A stretch of 64,000 bases of DNA from Asaia bogorensis (GTDB lineage Bacteria; Pseudomonadota; Alphaproteobacteria; Acetobacterales; Acetobacteraceae), in NCBI GenBank assembly GCA_943333505.2, contig CALQTN020000010.1, positions 13,741 to 77,740 on the forward strand. Reading direction: 5' to 3'. The notes under the pieces were generated by a model. It did not search any database. It saw only the letters and a list, made by a program, of their open reading frames with translations, and was not told where the DNA came from. Numbering within the stretch: the stretch's first letter is position 1; each line of letters begins with the position of its first letter. Shown here in pieces: positions 37,978 to 46,660 of this stretch. The translations under genes and the position numbers were made by a program.

Positions 37978-38841
37978 ATGTCGCGAGGCTGTGTTTTTCG
38001 CTCGGGTTGGGGGTGCGCTGCGCTGAGATGCTTGTTTTTGGGCTTCGCGATGCTGTTGCCGAAAATTGCACAGGCTACTTTAATTCAGGTGTCCTATGGC
38101 AATGCCGGTATCCAGGTTGCCGATAACGCCGCACTATGTGCGGGAACCTCGGTCTGCGTGCTGGGAACCGAAAATTTTGATGCCCGCACCACCGCCAATC
38201 TGACCGCTGGGTTTACCTCCAATTTTGGCCTGTCTGGCGGCCAGACCATTACAGGCGCCTACACCGCAGATGCGACCGCGCAGACTGGCACAAATCTGTT
38301 GAACTCGGCCGCCAACCAATATGGCGGGGCTGGCGGCACGGGCAAATACCCGCAGTTGTTTTCGGGCAGCCACACGATCACCCTCGCGTCCAATGGGATA
38401 CCAGGTTTAAACTATTTTGGGATTTGGGTTTCGGCGCTCGATGCCGCCAACATGATCAAATTCTACAATGGTTCGACGTTGCTCTACACTTTTACCCCGA
38501 CCACGATGATCACCGCGATCAACGCACGGGGCAATCGCACCGCGTATTACGGCAATCCGAACAACATGACCCAGAATACCGGGGAGCCTTATGCCTTCGT
38601 GAGCTTCTTCGCCTTGGACGGGCTTTTCGATAAACTGGTGATCTCCAACGCTGGTGGCAGTGCATTTGAATCCGACAACCACACGGTTGGTTATCGCAAT
38701 CCCAATATTGCAATCGGCAATCTGTTCGCCGTGCCGGAACCGGGCGCCATGCTGGTGCTGCCCGTATTCGTGTTGGCGATCCTGGGTTTGCAGTTCGCCC
38801 AATCATCCCAAGTTGTGTCGGCGCCCTGTCTTAGAACATGA
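37978..38841 (+). CDS. Secreted PEP-CTERM-like surface protein (Npun_F0296-type body; anchor lacks the Arg cluster)
   Basis: Signal peptide ...LFLGFAMLLPKIAQA. YFGIWVSALDAANMIKFYNG and AFESDNHTVGY motifs. C-terminal VPEPGAMLVLPVFVLAILGL with no RRR. The last 3 codons lie in MITE copy C. Confidence 0.6.
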   Translation: MSRGCVFRSGWGCAALRCLFLGFAMLLPKIAQATLIQVSYGNAGIQVADNAALCAGTSVCVLGTENFDARTTANLTAGFTSNFGLSGGQTITGAYTADATAQTGTNLLNSAANQYGGAGGTGKYPQLFSGSHTITLASNGIPGLNYFGIWVSALDAANMIKFYNGSTLLYTFTPTTMITAINARGNRTAYYGNPNNMTQNTGEPYAFVSFFALDGLFDKLVISNAGGSAFESDNHTVGYRNPNIAIGNLFAVPEPGAMLVLPVFVLAILGLQFAQSSQVVSAPCLRT

Positions 38842-38935
38842 TGACCGCTGATAGGCGCAGTCACCATGTTCCAACGCTTTGTTGGGTCGCGTGGCCAGAC
38901 CTCCGTGTGATTCCACCTACGGTCATCACGCTCTA
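38832..38935. mobile_element. MITE-like element, copy C (100 bp + TA/TA flanks, inverted relative to A and B)
   Basis: TA|gaacatgatgaccgc...ggtcatcacgctc|TA. The reverse complement aligns with copies A and B along its whole length. Both convergent genes terminate inside it. Confidence 0.7.
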
Positions 38936-39810
38936 GCGTCTAAAAACAGCGCTGCCAAATCCGGCATCTCCGGGGTACCGATCGCCACCAGCCCGTTGGC
39001 CAACCGGTCCGGCGCCGGCGTGAACGCCCAATTTTCGGCCGCGTATTGCAGTAGTACCCGATCGTCGCCCAGCAGACATACGCCTTTCAGCCGCAGCACC
39101 GATGCGGGCAGCATCCCGAGTACCCAGCGCATCCGGTCGCGGTCGAACGGCAGATCGGCGGTGATGCGTTGGGTTGGGAAGGCGTGGGAGACATCGTCGG
39201 CGTGAAAGCGGCTGCCGGGCGGTCGGGCTGGCGGGGTGAAGCTCAACGCGGCATCAGCGAGGGCTGCGTGCGCCGCTTCGATGACCCGCGCCTGCGGGCG
39301 AAGTTCGGCGAGGCGGGCATAGACGATGGCCAGTTGGGCCGCGTTCGCCAGATCGGTTTTATTGATGACCACGATTTCGGCGAACACCAGTTGCCGCGCC
39401 ACCGTGTCACCGGTCCAGCGGTCATCCAACTGCGCCGGCAGGGCAGTGGCATCGACCAGCACCACCAGCGGTTCGAGCATAAACCCAGGTTCAATCAGCG
39501 CCATTTGCGCGATCCGCCACGGATCGCTGACGCCGCTGGCTTCGACAATCACGTGTTCTGGCGGTGGGATGCGGGCGGCCATTGCGGCCAGGCCGTCGCC
39601 GAGATCGTCCCCCATGGTGCAGCACACGCAACCATTGGTCAGCGCCATGGTCTGGCCGTCGGACGCCGCGATCAGGGCCGCATCGACGTTGATTGCGCCG
39701 AAATCATTGACCAGCACGCCCCAGCGCTTGGCGCCGGTCGCCAGCAAATGGTTGACCAGTGTGGTTTTCCCGACGCCAAGGAAGCCGCCGATAACGGTGA
39801 GCGGGATCAT
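38926..39810 (-). CDS. CobW/G3E-family metallochaperone GTPase
   Basis: P-loop GGFLGVGKTTL, metal motif GCVCCT, NKTD. ATG 39810 overlaps the upstream stop by 1 nt (TTG 39813 is an alternative). Confidence 0.85.
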   Translation of the reverse strand: MIPLTVIGGFLGVGKTTLVNHLLATGAKRWGVLVNDFGAINVDAALIAASDGQTMALTNGCVCCTMGDDLGDGLAAMAARIPPPEHVIVEASGVSDPWRIAQMALIEPGFMLEPLVVLVDATALPAQLDDRWTGDTVARQLVFAEIVVINKTDLANAAQLAIVYARLAELRPQARVIEAAHAALADAALSFTPPARPPGSRFHADDVSHAFPTQRITADLPFDRDRMRWVLGMLPASVLRLKGVCLLGDDRVLLQYAAENWAFTPAPDRLANGLVAIGTPEMPDLAALFLDARA

Positions 39811-41444
39811 CAATTGGGGAACACCTGTCCGCCCATCACGGTTGCCACCACCGGAATATCCTTGATCGCGCCTGGATCGACCGAAAGTGGATCGTCATCC
39901 AGCACGGTGAAATCGGCGTATTTGCCGACCTCTATGCTGCCGATCAGATGGTCCATTTTCAGCGTATAGGCGGCACCCAGGGTCACCGCATGCAATGCCT
40001 GCGCTTGGGTGATGCGTTCGGCTTCCCCCAGCACCACGCCCGTCGATGACAGGCGGTTGACCGCGCACCACATGGTGAAGCGCGGATCGACCGGGGTCAC
40101 CGGGGTATCGGAATGGATCGCGAGCGGCACGCCGCTGCTAAGCGCCGTGTTGCACGCATCCAGGCGGCGCACCCGCGACGGGCCCATGGTGTGTTTGGCG
40201 TGCTGGTCGCCCCAGTAATAAAGATGGTTGGCGAACAAATTCACGCACATGCCGAAATTCTTCATGCGGCGGAAAATTCCGCCATCGGCCATCTGGCAAT
40301 GTTGCAGGGTGTGGCGGTGATCGGCGCGGGGATGGGCCTCAATTGCGCGACCGATCATTTCGGTGGCGAGTTCGCTCGCCTCGTCGCCATTGGTGTGGAT
40401 GTGCAAGTGGTGGCCAGCGGAATGATAGGCCTTTACCGTCGCTTCAAGGTCGGTCGGCGCAATGTACCACAGCCCATTCGGCGCGCCATTATGGTAGCCC
40501 GGCCAGCGCAGCCGCGCGGTGAAGCCTTGGATTGAACCATCGAGCACCAGCTTGACCAGCCCGAATTGCAGGGTGGGGGTAGAAAGCCGTTTCAGTTCCG
40601 CAATACGCGCAAGGCCGTCGTCAATGCTGTATTCGCGCGCCCGCATCGCCGGCACCAGGCGGATCGGGAAATCCGGCTCGGCAGTTGCCGCGCGCATGGC
40701 CGCGACATTGCCCGGCGTCATCGCGTTGGCGAGGTCGGTGGATGTTGTAACCCCGACCCGACGCGCGATGCGGCCATAGTCGCGCAGACCTTCAACATCC
40801 AATTCGCGCAGCAAGCCGCCATCGCCGGTCGCCCGGTTGGCGCGCCCCATCACCGCCGGGCCCTGTAATTCGCCGGTCAGCTTGCCGTTCTGGCCACGCA
40901 CCAAGCCATCGACGTTGCTGTCGGCGGAGAACCCCGCGGCGGTCAGCACCTTGGTGTTCACATTGAGAATATGCCCGGAGACATGCGCCACCACTACCAT
41001 GCGGTCCGGTGAAATGATGTCGAGGTCTTCAACCGTCATGCGCGGGCCGTCGAAATAGATCGGGTCGAAGCCCCAGGACACCAGCGGCTTGCCGGGCGGC
41101 AGCGTCGGTTCGATTGCCTTGAGATGGGCCACCACCTCGGCGATGCTACGAAATCCGCCCTGGCGTGTGCCGTCTGGCGCTGTGCGGGCAAAATAGCCGA
41201 CATAGGGCGATCGCCACATCAGGCCATCGGTGGCGTGGCCATGGCCTTCGATGAAGCCTGGAACGATGACTTTGCCGGCAAAGCGGGCATCGAGCGTGCC
41301 GCCGAACTGGTCCACCACTTCGGGCCCACCATGGCCGATGATCCGGCCTTCGCGCACCGCGACATGGGTGGAAATCGGCTGCGATGGATCGAGCGTCACC
41401 ACCCGACGGGCGGAAAAGACGGTTACCTTGGGCTTGTCGGCCAT
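39810..41444 (-). CDS. Amidohydrolase-family metal-dependent hydrolase (YtcJ / amidohydrolase_3-like)
   Basis: PGFIEGHGHA metal-binding HxH, later HIHTNGDEA and HSDTPV. 544 aa. Confidence 0.8.
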   Translation of the reverse strand: MADKPKVTVFSARRVVTLDPSQPISTHVAVREGRIIGHGGPEVVDQFGGTLDARFAGKVIVPGFIEGHGHATDGLMWRSPYVGYFARTAPDGTRQGGFRSIAEVVAHLKAIEPTLPPGKPLVSWGFDPIYFDGPRMTVEDLDIISPDRMVVVAHVSGHILNVNTKVLTAAGFSADSNVDGLVRGQNGKLTGELQGPAVMGRANRATGDGGLLRELDVEGLRDYGRIARRVGVTTSTDLANAMTPGNVAAMRAATAEPDFPIRLVPAMRAREYSIDDGLARIAELKRLSTPTLQFGLVKLVLDGSIQGFTARLRWPGYHNGAPNGLWYIAPTDLEATVKAYHSAGHHLHIHTNGDEASELATEMIGRAIEAHPRADHRHTLQHCQMADGGIFRRMKNFGMCVNLFANHLYYWGDQHAKHTMGPSRVRRLDACNTALSSGVPLAIHSDTPVTPVDPRFTMWCAVNRLSSTGVVLGEAERITQAQALHAVTLGAAYTLKMDHLIGSIEVGKYADFTVLDDDPLSVDPGAIKDIPVVATVMGGQVFPN

Positions 41445-41495
41445 CGCTTAACTCCGCACTCTGTTGCCCGCAGTGAAGCAGAAGGACGCGCCGAA

Positions 41496-42920
41496 ATGAA
41501 GGACCTCAGCACCATCACCCGTCTGATTGACGCCAAGCGCGATCGCTTCGTTGATGTTGCCGACAAAATTTGGGATCTGGCCGAGACCCGCTGGGGCGAG
41601 CACGCATCCATGGCCACCCAGATTGACGCGATCGGCAATGAGGGGTTCCGGGTTGAGGCGGGCATTGCCGGCATTCCCACCGCTTTTGTCGCCGAGGCTG
41701 GCCATGGCGGCCCGGTGATTTCGTTCCTCGGCGAATACGATGCGCTGGCCGGGCTGAGCCAGACCGCCGGCCTCGCCGATCAGGTCTCGGCACCCGGCAA
41801 CACCACCGGCAACGGCCATGGCTGTGGGCATAATCTGTTGGGAACCGCCGCCCTGATGGCAGCGGTGGCAGTGAAGGACTATCTCGCCGCCAATAATCTG
41901 CCGGGCCGGGTGCGCTATTATGGCTGCCCGGCGGAGGAAGGGGGTTCGGCGAAAACCTTCATGGTGCGCGAAGGGGTTTTTGCCGATGTCGATGCGGCGG
42001 TGTCCTGGCATCCCGGCACCTTCAACACGGTGTTTGCCGCAGACTCGCTCGCCAACATTCAGGTTTATTTCCGCTTCACCGGCCGCGCCAGCCATGCCGC
42101 GGCCGCCCCGCATCTTGGCCGTTCCGCGCTGGATGCGATGGAATTGATGCATATCGGCGTCAATTACATGCGCGAGCATATGCCGTCGGATGCGCGCATT
42201 CATTACGCGATGACCGATGGCGGCGGTGTTGCCCCGAATGTGGTGCAGGCCCGCGCCGAAGTGCTGTATCTGATCCGCGCCCGCGAATTGCCGGAAATGC
42301 GCAGCCTGTTTGCACGGGTGAAGAAAATCGCCGAGGGAGCGGCACTGATGACCGAAACCCAGGTCGAGGTCATCGTCGATAAGGCCAGTTCCAACCTGCT
42401 TGCCAACACCATCATGGAAGCGACGATGGAGGCGAATTTGCAGGCGCTTGGCGCGCCGGCCTGGGATGATACCGATCAGGCCCACGCCCGGCGTTTCGCG
42501 GCGACCGTCAGCGAAGACGATCTGGTGTCGGCGGAGCGGCAGAAGGGGGTCAAAATCTCCCGCGCCAAAGTGCTGCATGACGAAATCATTCCGCTAGACG
42601 CAAATCGTCTGTTCAAGCCGGGATCGACCGATGTTGGCGATGTGAGTTGGGCGGTGCCGACCGCCCAGGTCTGGACCGCCTGCTACGCCCTGGGGACACC
42701 GGGCCATTCCTGGCAGTTGGTGGCGCAAGGCAAGCTGCCGGCGGCGCATAAGGGCATGACCCAGGCTGCCAAGGTGATGGCGGCGACCGCGCTAGATCTG
42801 CTCGCCGATCCCGCCTTGCTGGCCCGCGCCAAGGCCGAACACCGCGACCGGCTGGCGGCGACGCCCTATGAATGCCCGATCCCGGATGGGGTTGTCGCGC
42901 CCTGCAATCGCTCCACTTAA
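41496..42920 (+). CDS. M20 family amidohydrolase (AbgB / aminobenzoyl-glutamate utilisation-like)
   Basis: MKDLSTITRLIDAKRDRFVDVADKIWDLAE..., GHGCGHNLLG metal site, PAEEGGSAK. The first 124 codons of the supplied ORF are antisense of the neighbouring gene and were removed. Confidence 0.8.
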   Translation: MKDLSTITRLIDAKRDRFVDVADKIWDLAETRWGEHASMATQIDAIGNEGFRVEAGIAGIPTAFVAEAGHGGPVISFLGEYDALAGLSQTAGLADQVSAPGNTTGNGHGCGHNLLGTAALMAAVAVKDYLAANNLPGRVRYYGCPAEEGGSAKTFMVREGVFADVDAAVSWHPGTFNTVFAADSLANIQVYFRFTGRASHAAAAPHLGRSALDAMELMHIGVNYMREHMPSDARIHYAMTDGGGVAPNVVQARAEVLYLIRARELPEMRSLFARVKKIAEGAALMTETQVEVIVDKASSNLLANTIMEATMEANLQALGAPAWDDTDQAHARRFAATVSEDDLVSAERQKGVKISRAKVLHDEIIPLDANRLFKPGSTDVGDVSWAVPTAQVWTACYALGTPGHSWQLVAQGKLPAAHKGMTQAAKVMAATALDLLADPALLARAKAEHRDRLAATPYECPIPDGVVAPCNRST

Positions 42921-42993
42921 GCCCCAATTCGGCCATCACTGGGGATGAGGCTGGCATTGTCCAATTCCGGACCAGCCTCCCCAGGGGGTCGTC

Positions 42994-43332
42994 ATGAAGC
43001 TCATTCCCGTCCTTGCCGCCGCACTTGGGGTTCTGACCCTGAACAGCAGCCTGGCGCTTGCCGAGTATCGCGGTGACAACCGCCACCGCCAGGGCCCGAG
43101 CTACCAAGACCGGGGCTATCAGAGGCAGAGTTATAATGGGCCCCGCCATCATCCGCAGCGGGGCGGGTACGTTGATCGCGGGCGTTGGGGCTATGCGCCG
43201 CCGATCGATTATCGCCACCATCATCTGCGGCCGCCGCCGCGCGGGTATGAATGGCGCAGCTATGACGGGAGTTGGATCCTGGCCGCGTTGGCGACCGGGT
43301 TGATCGCGGAGATTTTGATTAACGGGCGGTAA
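42994..43332 (+). CDS. RcnB-like periplasmic protein (Ni/Co homeostasis family)
   Basis: Signal peptide MKLIPVLAAALGVLTLNSSLALA. C-terminal PPPRGYEWRSYDGSWILAALATGLIAEIL resembles the RcnB/YohN motif. Confidence 0.5.
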   Translation: MKLIPVLAAALGVLTLNSSLALAEYRGDNRHRQGPSYQDRGYQRQSYNGPRHHPQRGGYVDRGRWGYAPPIDYRHHHLRPPPRGYEWRSYDGSWILAALATGLIAEILINGR

Positions 43333-43350
43333 GGCCAGCACGCCGTCCTT

Positions 43351-43387
43351 GGCGCGGAAAATTCCTATAAATTGGATCTTCCGCGCC
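43351..43387. terminator. Hairpin between convergent rcnB-like and usp genes
   Basis: ggcgcggaa (43351-43359) pairs with ttccgcgcc (43379-43387), a perfect 9-bp stem with a 19-nt loop. An A/T run follows at about 43412. Confidence 0.35.
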
Positions 43388-43418
43388 GGATCGCCTCGGT
43401 ATTGTTGCGATAAAAAAA

Positions 43419-44285
43419 TTAGCGGTTCATCATCACCGGAAGGTCCGACTTTTCCAGCACGTGCCGTGTTACCCCGCCCAAAATCAGCTGGCGTAGCCTT
43501 GAGTGCGAATAGGCCCCCATCGCCAGCAGATCGGCGCCGAAATCGCGGGTCGCTTTCAGCATGCCGGCGCCGACGTCGCGGTCGATGCCACGGAAGGTCA
43601 CCACATCGGCGGTGATGCCATGCAGCGCCAGATAGGCCAGCAGATCGGCGGCTTGCGGACCGCGGCGGTGATACTCATCCGAGGTCAGGATACGCACGGC
43701 ATTCGCGCGCTGCATCCAGGGAAGTGCGGCGAGCACGGCTGAGGCCGACTCGGCGGTGCCATTCCACGCCAGGCAAATGCGGGTGCCGATGGATTGCGGC
43801 GCCTTTTGCGGTGCGATCAGCACCGGGCGGCCACTATCGAACAGCACAGCGTGCAAAGCGTCCGACGACGACACGTCTTCCCCAGCTTCCGGGTGCGGCA
43901 CAACGGTGAGGTCAGCAAGCCGGGCCTGTTGGGCGACCAGATCTTCTTCCCGACCGGTGATCGTCGCAAAGCTTGCGGTCGCGGTTTCAGATTCGAAATG
44001 CCCTTGCCCGAGCACGACGTTATGGGCGGCGACGAACTTGTCGAACATGCTGTGGACAGCACGCGCACGGTCCGTGCTTTCCTTTTCGGTCGCCGACATC
44101 ATTTCTTCGATCATCGCGCCGGACAGGCCTTCGCCAGCCAACGGCGCGACATCCCGGCTATCGACCCGGACATGGAGCGCGGTGACATGCGCCTTCCAGA
44201 TATTGGCGATCATCAACGCGGTCGACAAAGCCGCCTCGCCGGCCGCGGTTCCGGTCAGTGGCAGCAGCAACTTGCGAATGGCCAT
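43419..44285 (-). CDS. Tandem universal stress protein (UspA family)
   Basis: Two USP halves. C-terminal GAYSHSRLRQLILGGVTRHVL ATP-binding-type motif. Confidence 0.8.
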   Translation of the reverse strand: MAIRKLLLPLTGTAAGEAALSTALMIANIWKAHVTALHVRVDSRDVAPLAGEGLSGAMIEEMMSATEKESTDRARAVHSMFDKFVAAHNVVLGQGHFESETATASFATITGREEDLVAQQARLADLTVVPHPEAGEDVSSSDALHAVLFDSGRPVLIAPQKAPQSIGTRICLAWNGTAESASAVLAALPWMQRANAVRILTSDEYHRRGPQAADLLAYLALHGITADVVTFRGIDRDVGAGMLKATRDFGADLLAMGAYSHSRLRQLILGGVTRHVLEKSDLPVMMNR

Positions 44286-44312
44286 GTCGTCCTCCTGTCG
44301 TGTCAGTGGTTT

Positions 44313-45776
44313 CTATAACATAAACAATCGAAGCGCAGCGACAATCATAGCCTGGGCCACATTAGCGTCGGTGGCATCGACCGCGAGCCAGTTGCCAGCG
44401 CCGGGATCGTGGCGGGCCGCACTTCGCAGCACGGCAAGATCGGCGTCCGAGGCATCGCCGGTGCGGGCGGCGACGCGGGTTTCCAGCACCGGGATCGGCG
44501 CATGCAGCCAAACCCCGAGGAAGTGCTCACCCGCCGCCGCAGTGACCATCGCGCGATGGGCGTCGGCCATGAAGGTCGCGTCCGCGATTACCGCATGGCG
44601 AGATGCCGCAATGACGCGCACCGCTTTGGTGAGTTCGGCAAATACCGCCGCACTGGCCTGCGGCGTATATGCGTCTGGCGGCAGGCGCTGTTCGGGGGCG
44701 ACGCCGTGCAATCGCTTGCGGATTTCGTCGCTGCGCACCACCACCGCCCCTGGTGACGGGCCCAGCTGTGGCGCCAGCGCGCGGGCCAGAGTGGATTTCC
44801 CAGTGCCGGGCAACCCGCCGATTGCCAGCACCACCGCCGGCGCCGGCTGCAGCACCGCGAGCGCGCGGGCGAGGTAATCCGCCGCCCGGCCGGGATGGCC
44901 GGACCGGGCCTCGACATGGGCGCGCACCATCGCCCTGAGCGAGATGAACAGTTTCAACCCCGCCACCAACCCCCAATCCAGGCTGCGCGCGAGATAGCGG
45001 TTGAGCACCAGATTCGCCGCCGCGCGATCCAGCCGCGCCTCCAGGTCCATCAGCAGAAACGCCAGATCGTAGCCGACATCGAATTCGGCCAGCGCCTCAT
45101 CGAATTCCAGCGCGTCGAACGGCGCCGGTTTGCCGTGCCAGATGCAAATATTCCCGAGGTGCAAATCGCCATGGATGCGACGGACGAAGCCCGCGTCGCG
45201 GCGCGCAAGCAGCCAGGCGGCGCGGTCCTGCAACGCCTGTCGGATCGCGGCCGCCCAGCGCATGATCTCGGGGGCGGGCAGCCCGGCGCTTTGGGCAGCG
45301 GCGATGTTGCCATCGATCAAACGGGTGAAGGCGGCGATCGGATCGGTTTGCAAGGCTGGCAGGGCGGCATGATAGGTGGCGACAGTATCGCCGAGTGCGA
45401 TGAGCATCGCCGGCCCGATCGCCCCGCGCATGGCCATCGTATCGAGGAAATCACCATCGGGCACGCGGGCCATACGCAGAACCCAATCCACGATTTCACC
45501 CGTACCATCCAGGGCGAGGTGGCCATCGGGCTGGCGGCACACCGGCACCACGTCGCGATACATCCCCGGCGCCGCCGCCGCGTTCAGCGCCAGTTCGCGC
45601 CGCGCGGTGCGTTCACGTTCGCCAAGCGTCGAAAAATCCAGGAACGGGAGAGTGACCGCGCGGCGTAGTTTCCAGACCGTATCGGCGCCGAGGAAAATCG
45701 CCGAGATATGGGTCTGGATCGGCGTTCGGCCAGCGAGACCCTGCAGCAGGGCATAGGTGTCGGCCTGATCTGTCAT
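44313..45776 (-). CDS. Bifunctional aminoglycoside-phosphotransferase-like kinase / AAA (P-loop) ATP-binding protein
   Basis: IHGDLHLGNI kinase catalytic motif in the N-terminal half. GLPGTGKSTLAR P-loop in the C-terminal half. Confidence 0.7.
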   Translation of the reverse strand: MTDQADTYALLQGLAGRTPIQTHISAIFLGADTVWKLRRAVTLPFLDFSTLGERERTARRELALNAAAAPGMYRDVVPVCRQPDGHLALDGTGEIVDWVLRMARVPDGDFLDTMAMRGAIGPAMLIALGDTVATYHAALPALQTDPIAAFTRLIDGNIAAAQSAGLPAPEIMRWAAAIRQALQDRAAWLLARRDAGFVRRIHGDLHLGNICIWHGKPAPFDALEFDEALAEFDVGYDLAFLLMDLEARLDRAAANLVLNRYLARSLDWGLVAGLKLFISLRAMVRAHVEARSGHPGRAADYLARALAVLQPAPAVVLAIGGLPGTGKSTLARALAPQLGPSPGAVVVRSDEIRKRLHGVAPEQRLPPDAYTPQASAAVFAELTKAVRVIAASRHAVIADATFMADAHRAMVTAAAGEHFLGVWLHAPIPVLETRVAARTGDASDADLAVLRSAARHDPGAGNWLAVDATDANVAQAMIVAALRLFML

Positions 45777-46660
45777 GGGTCAGCCGCCAGGGCCAGTGCG
45801 CGGGCATAGACCTGCTTTCTTGGCAAACCCGTGGCTGCGGTGACATCGGCCACCGCCTGCTTCAGCGTGGCGCCGGCGAGCGCCGCGCGCAGCCTGGCAT
45901 CGAGATCGTCGGCGTCTTCCAGTTCGGCGGGCGCCGGGCCGATCAGCAGACAGACTTCACCGCGTGGATCGGCGCTGGCAAAGCGGTCGGCCAACACCGA
46001 GAGCGGTGCGCGGATGATTTCCTCGAAATGCTTGGTGAGTTCGCGCGCCAGTACGGCCGGGCGATCGCCGAACGCGGCCAGCAAATCCGCCAGGGTTTCG
46101 CCAGCACGGGAGGGGGCTTCGTACCAGATCATTGTCGCCGACAACCCGGCACGCTCGGCGGCGCGCAATTGTGCGAATGCCGCCAGCCGCGCCCCGCCGC
46201 GCGGTGGGAACCCGAGGAACAGAAACGGGTGCGGCGGCAGGCCAGAGAGGGTCAACGCGGTCAGCGCCGCGTTCGGTCCGGGCAGGGCGGAGACCGGCAG
46301 GCCAGCTTCAAGTGCGGCGCGAACCAGCCGATAGCCGGGGTCGGACACCAACGGCGTGCCGGCATCGGAGACCAGGGCAATGCGTTGGCCGCCGCGCAAC
46401 CGGTCGAGCAGTGCCGGGATACGCTGATCCTCGTTATGGTCATGCAAGGGCGCGGTCGCGGCACTGATTCCGTAGGCTGTGAGCAGGCGGGCTGTCACCC
46501 GCGTATCCTCGCACAGTACAAGGTCAGCGGCCTTCAACGTTGCGATCGCGCGGACCGTCATATCTCCGAGGTTGCCGATTGGCGTTGGTACCAGCACAAG
46601 TCCATCAGGCGGCGTGGCCGCGCGGTTCAGCGTCGGGAGATCGGGCAATGTTTCGGACAT
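45773..46660 (-). CDS. rsmI: 16S rRNA (cytidine1402-2'-O)-methyltransferase
   Basis: LVLVPTPIGNLGDMTVRAIATLKAADLVLCEDTR. Start at Met55 of the supplied ORF. Divergent from an lpoA-like gene, as in E. coli yraL/yraM. Confidence 0.85.
   Translation of the reverse strand: MSETLPDLPTLNRAATPPDGLVLVPTPIGNLGDMTVRAIATLKAADLVLCEDTRVTARLLTAYGISAATAPLHDHNEDQRIPALLDRLRGGQRIALVSDAGTPLVSDPGYRLVRAALEAGLPVSALPGPNAALTALTLSGLPPHPFLFLGFPPRGGARLAAFAQLRAAERAGLSATMIWYEAPSRAGETLADLLAAFGDRPAVLARELTKHFEEIIRAPLSVLADRFASADPRGEVCLLIGPAPAELEDADDLDARLRAALAGATLKQAVADVTAATGLPRKQVYARALALAADP

Noticed and set aside
41124-41495. N-terminal 124 codons of the supplied 598-aa M20 ORF
   Set aside because: This part is antisense to the 5' end of the amidohydrolase gene and has no M20 similarity. 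The family-typical N-terminus (MKDLSTITRLIDAKRDRF) starts at ATG 41496.
43756-44877. 373-aa plus-strand ORF
   Set aside because: It is antisense to the usp and kinase/AAA genes and spans their intergenic gap. Ser/Ala/Arg-rich.
46540-46647. Upstream 36 codons of the supplied lpoA-like ORF (TTG start at 46540)
   Set aside because: This part is antisense to rsmI coding sequence and precedes a clean lipoprotein signal peptide that begins at ATG 46648.
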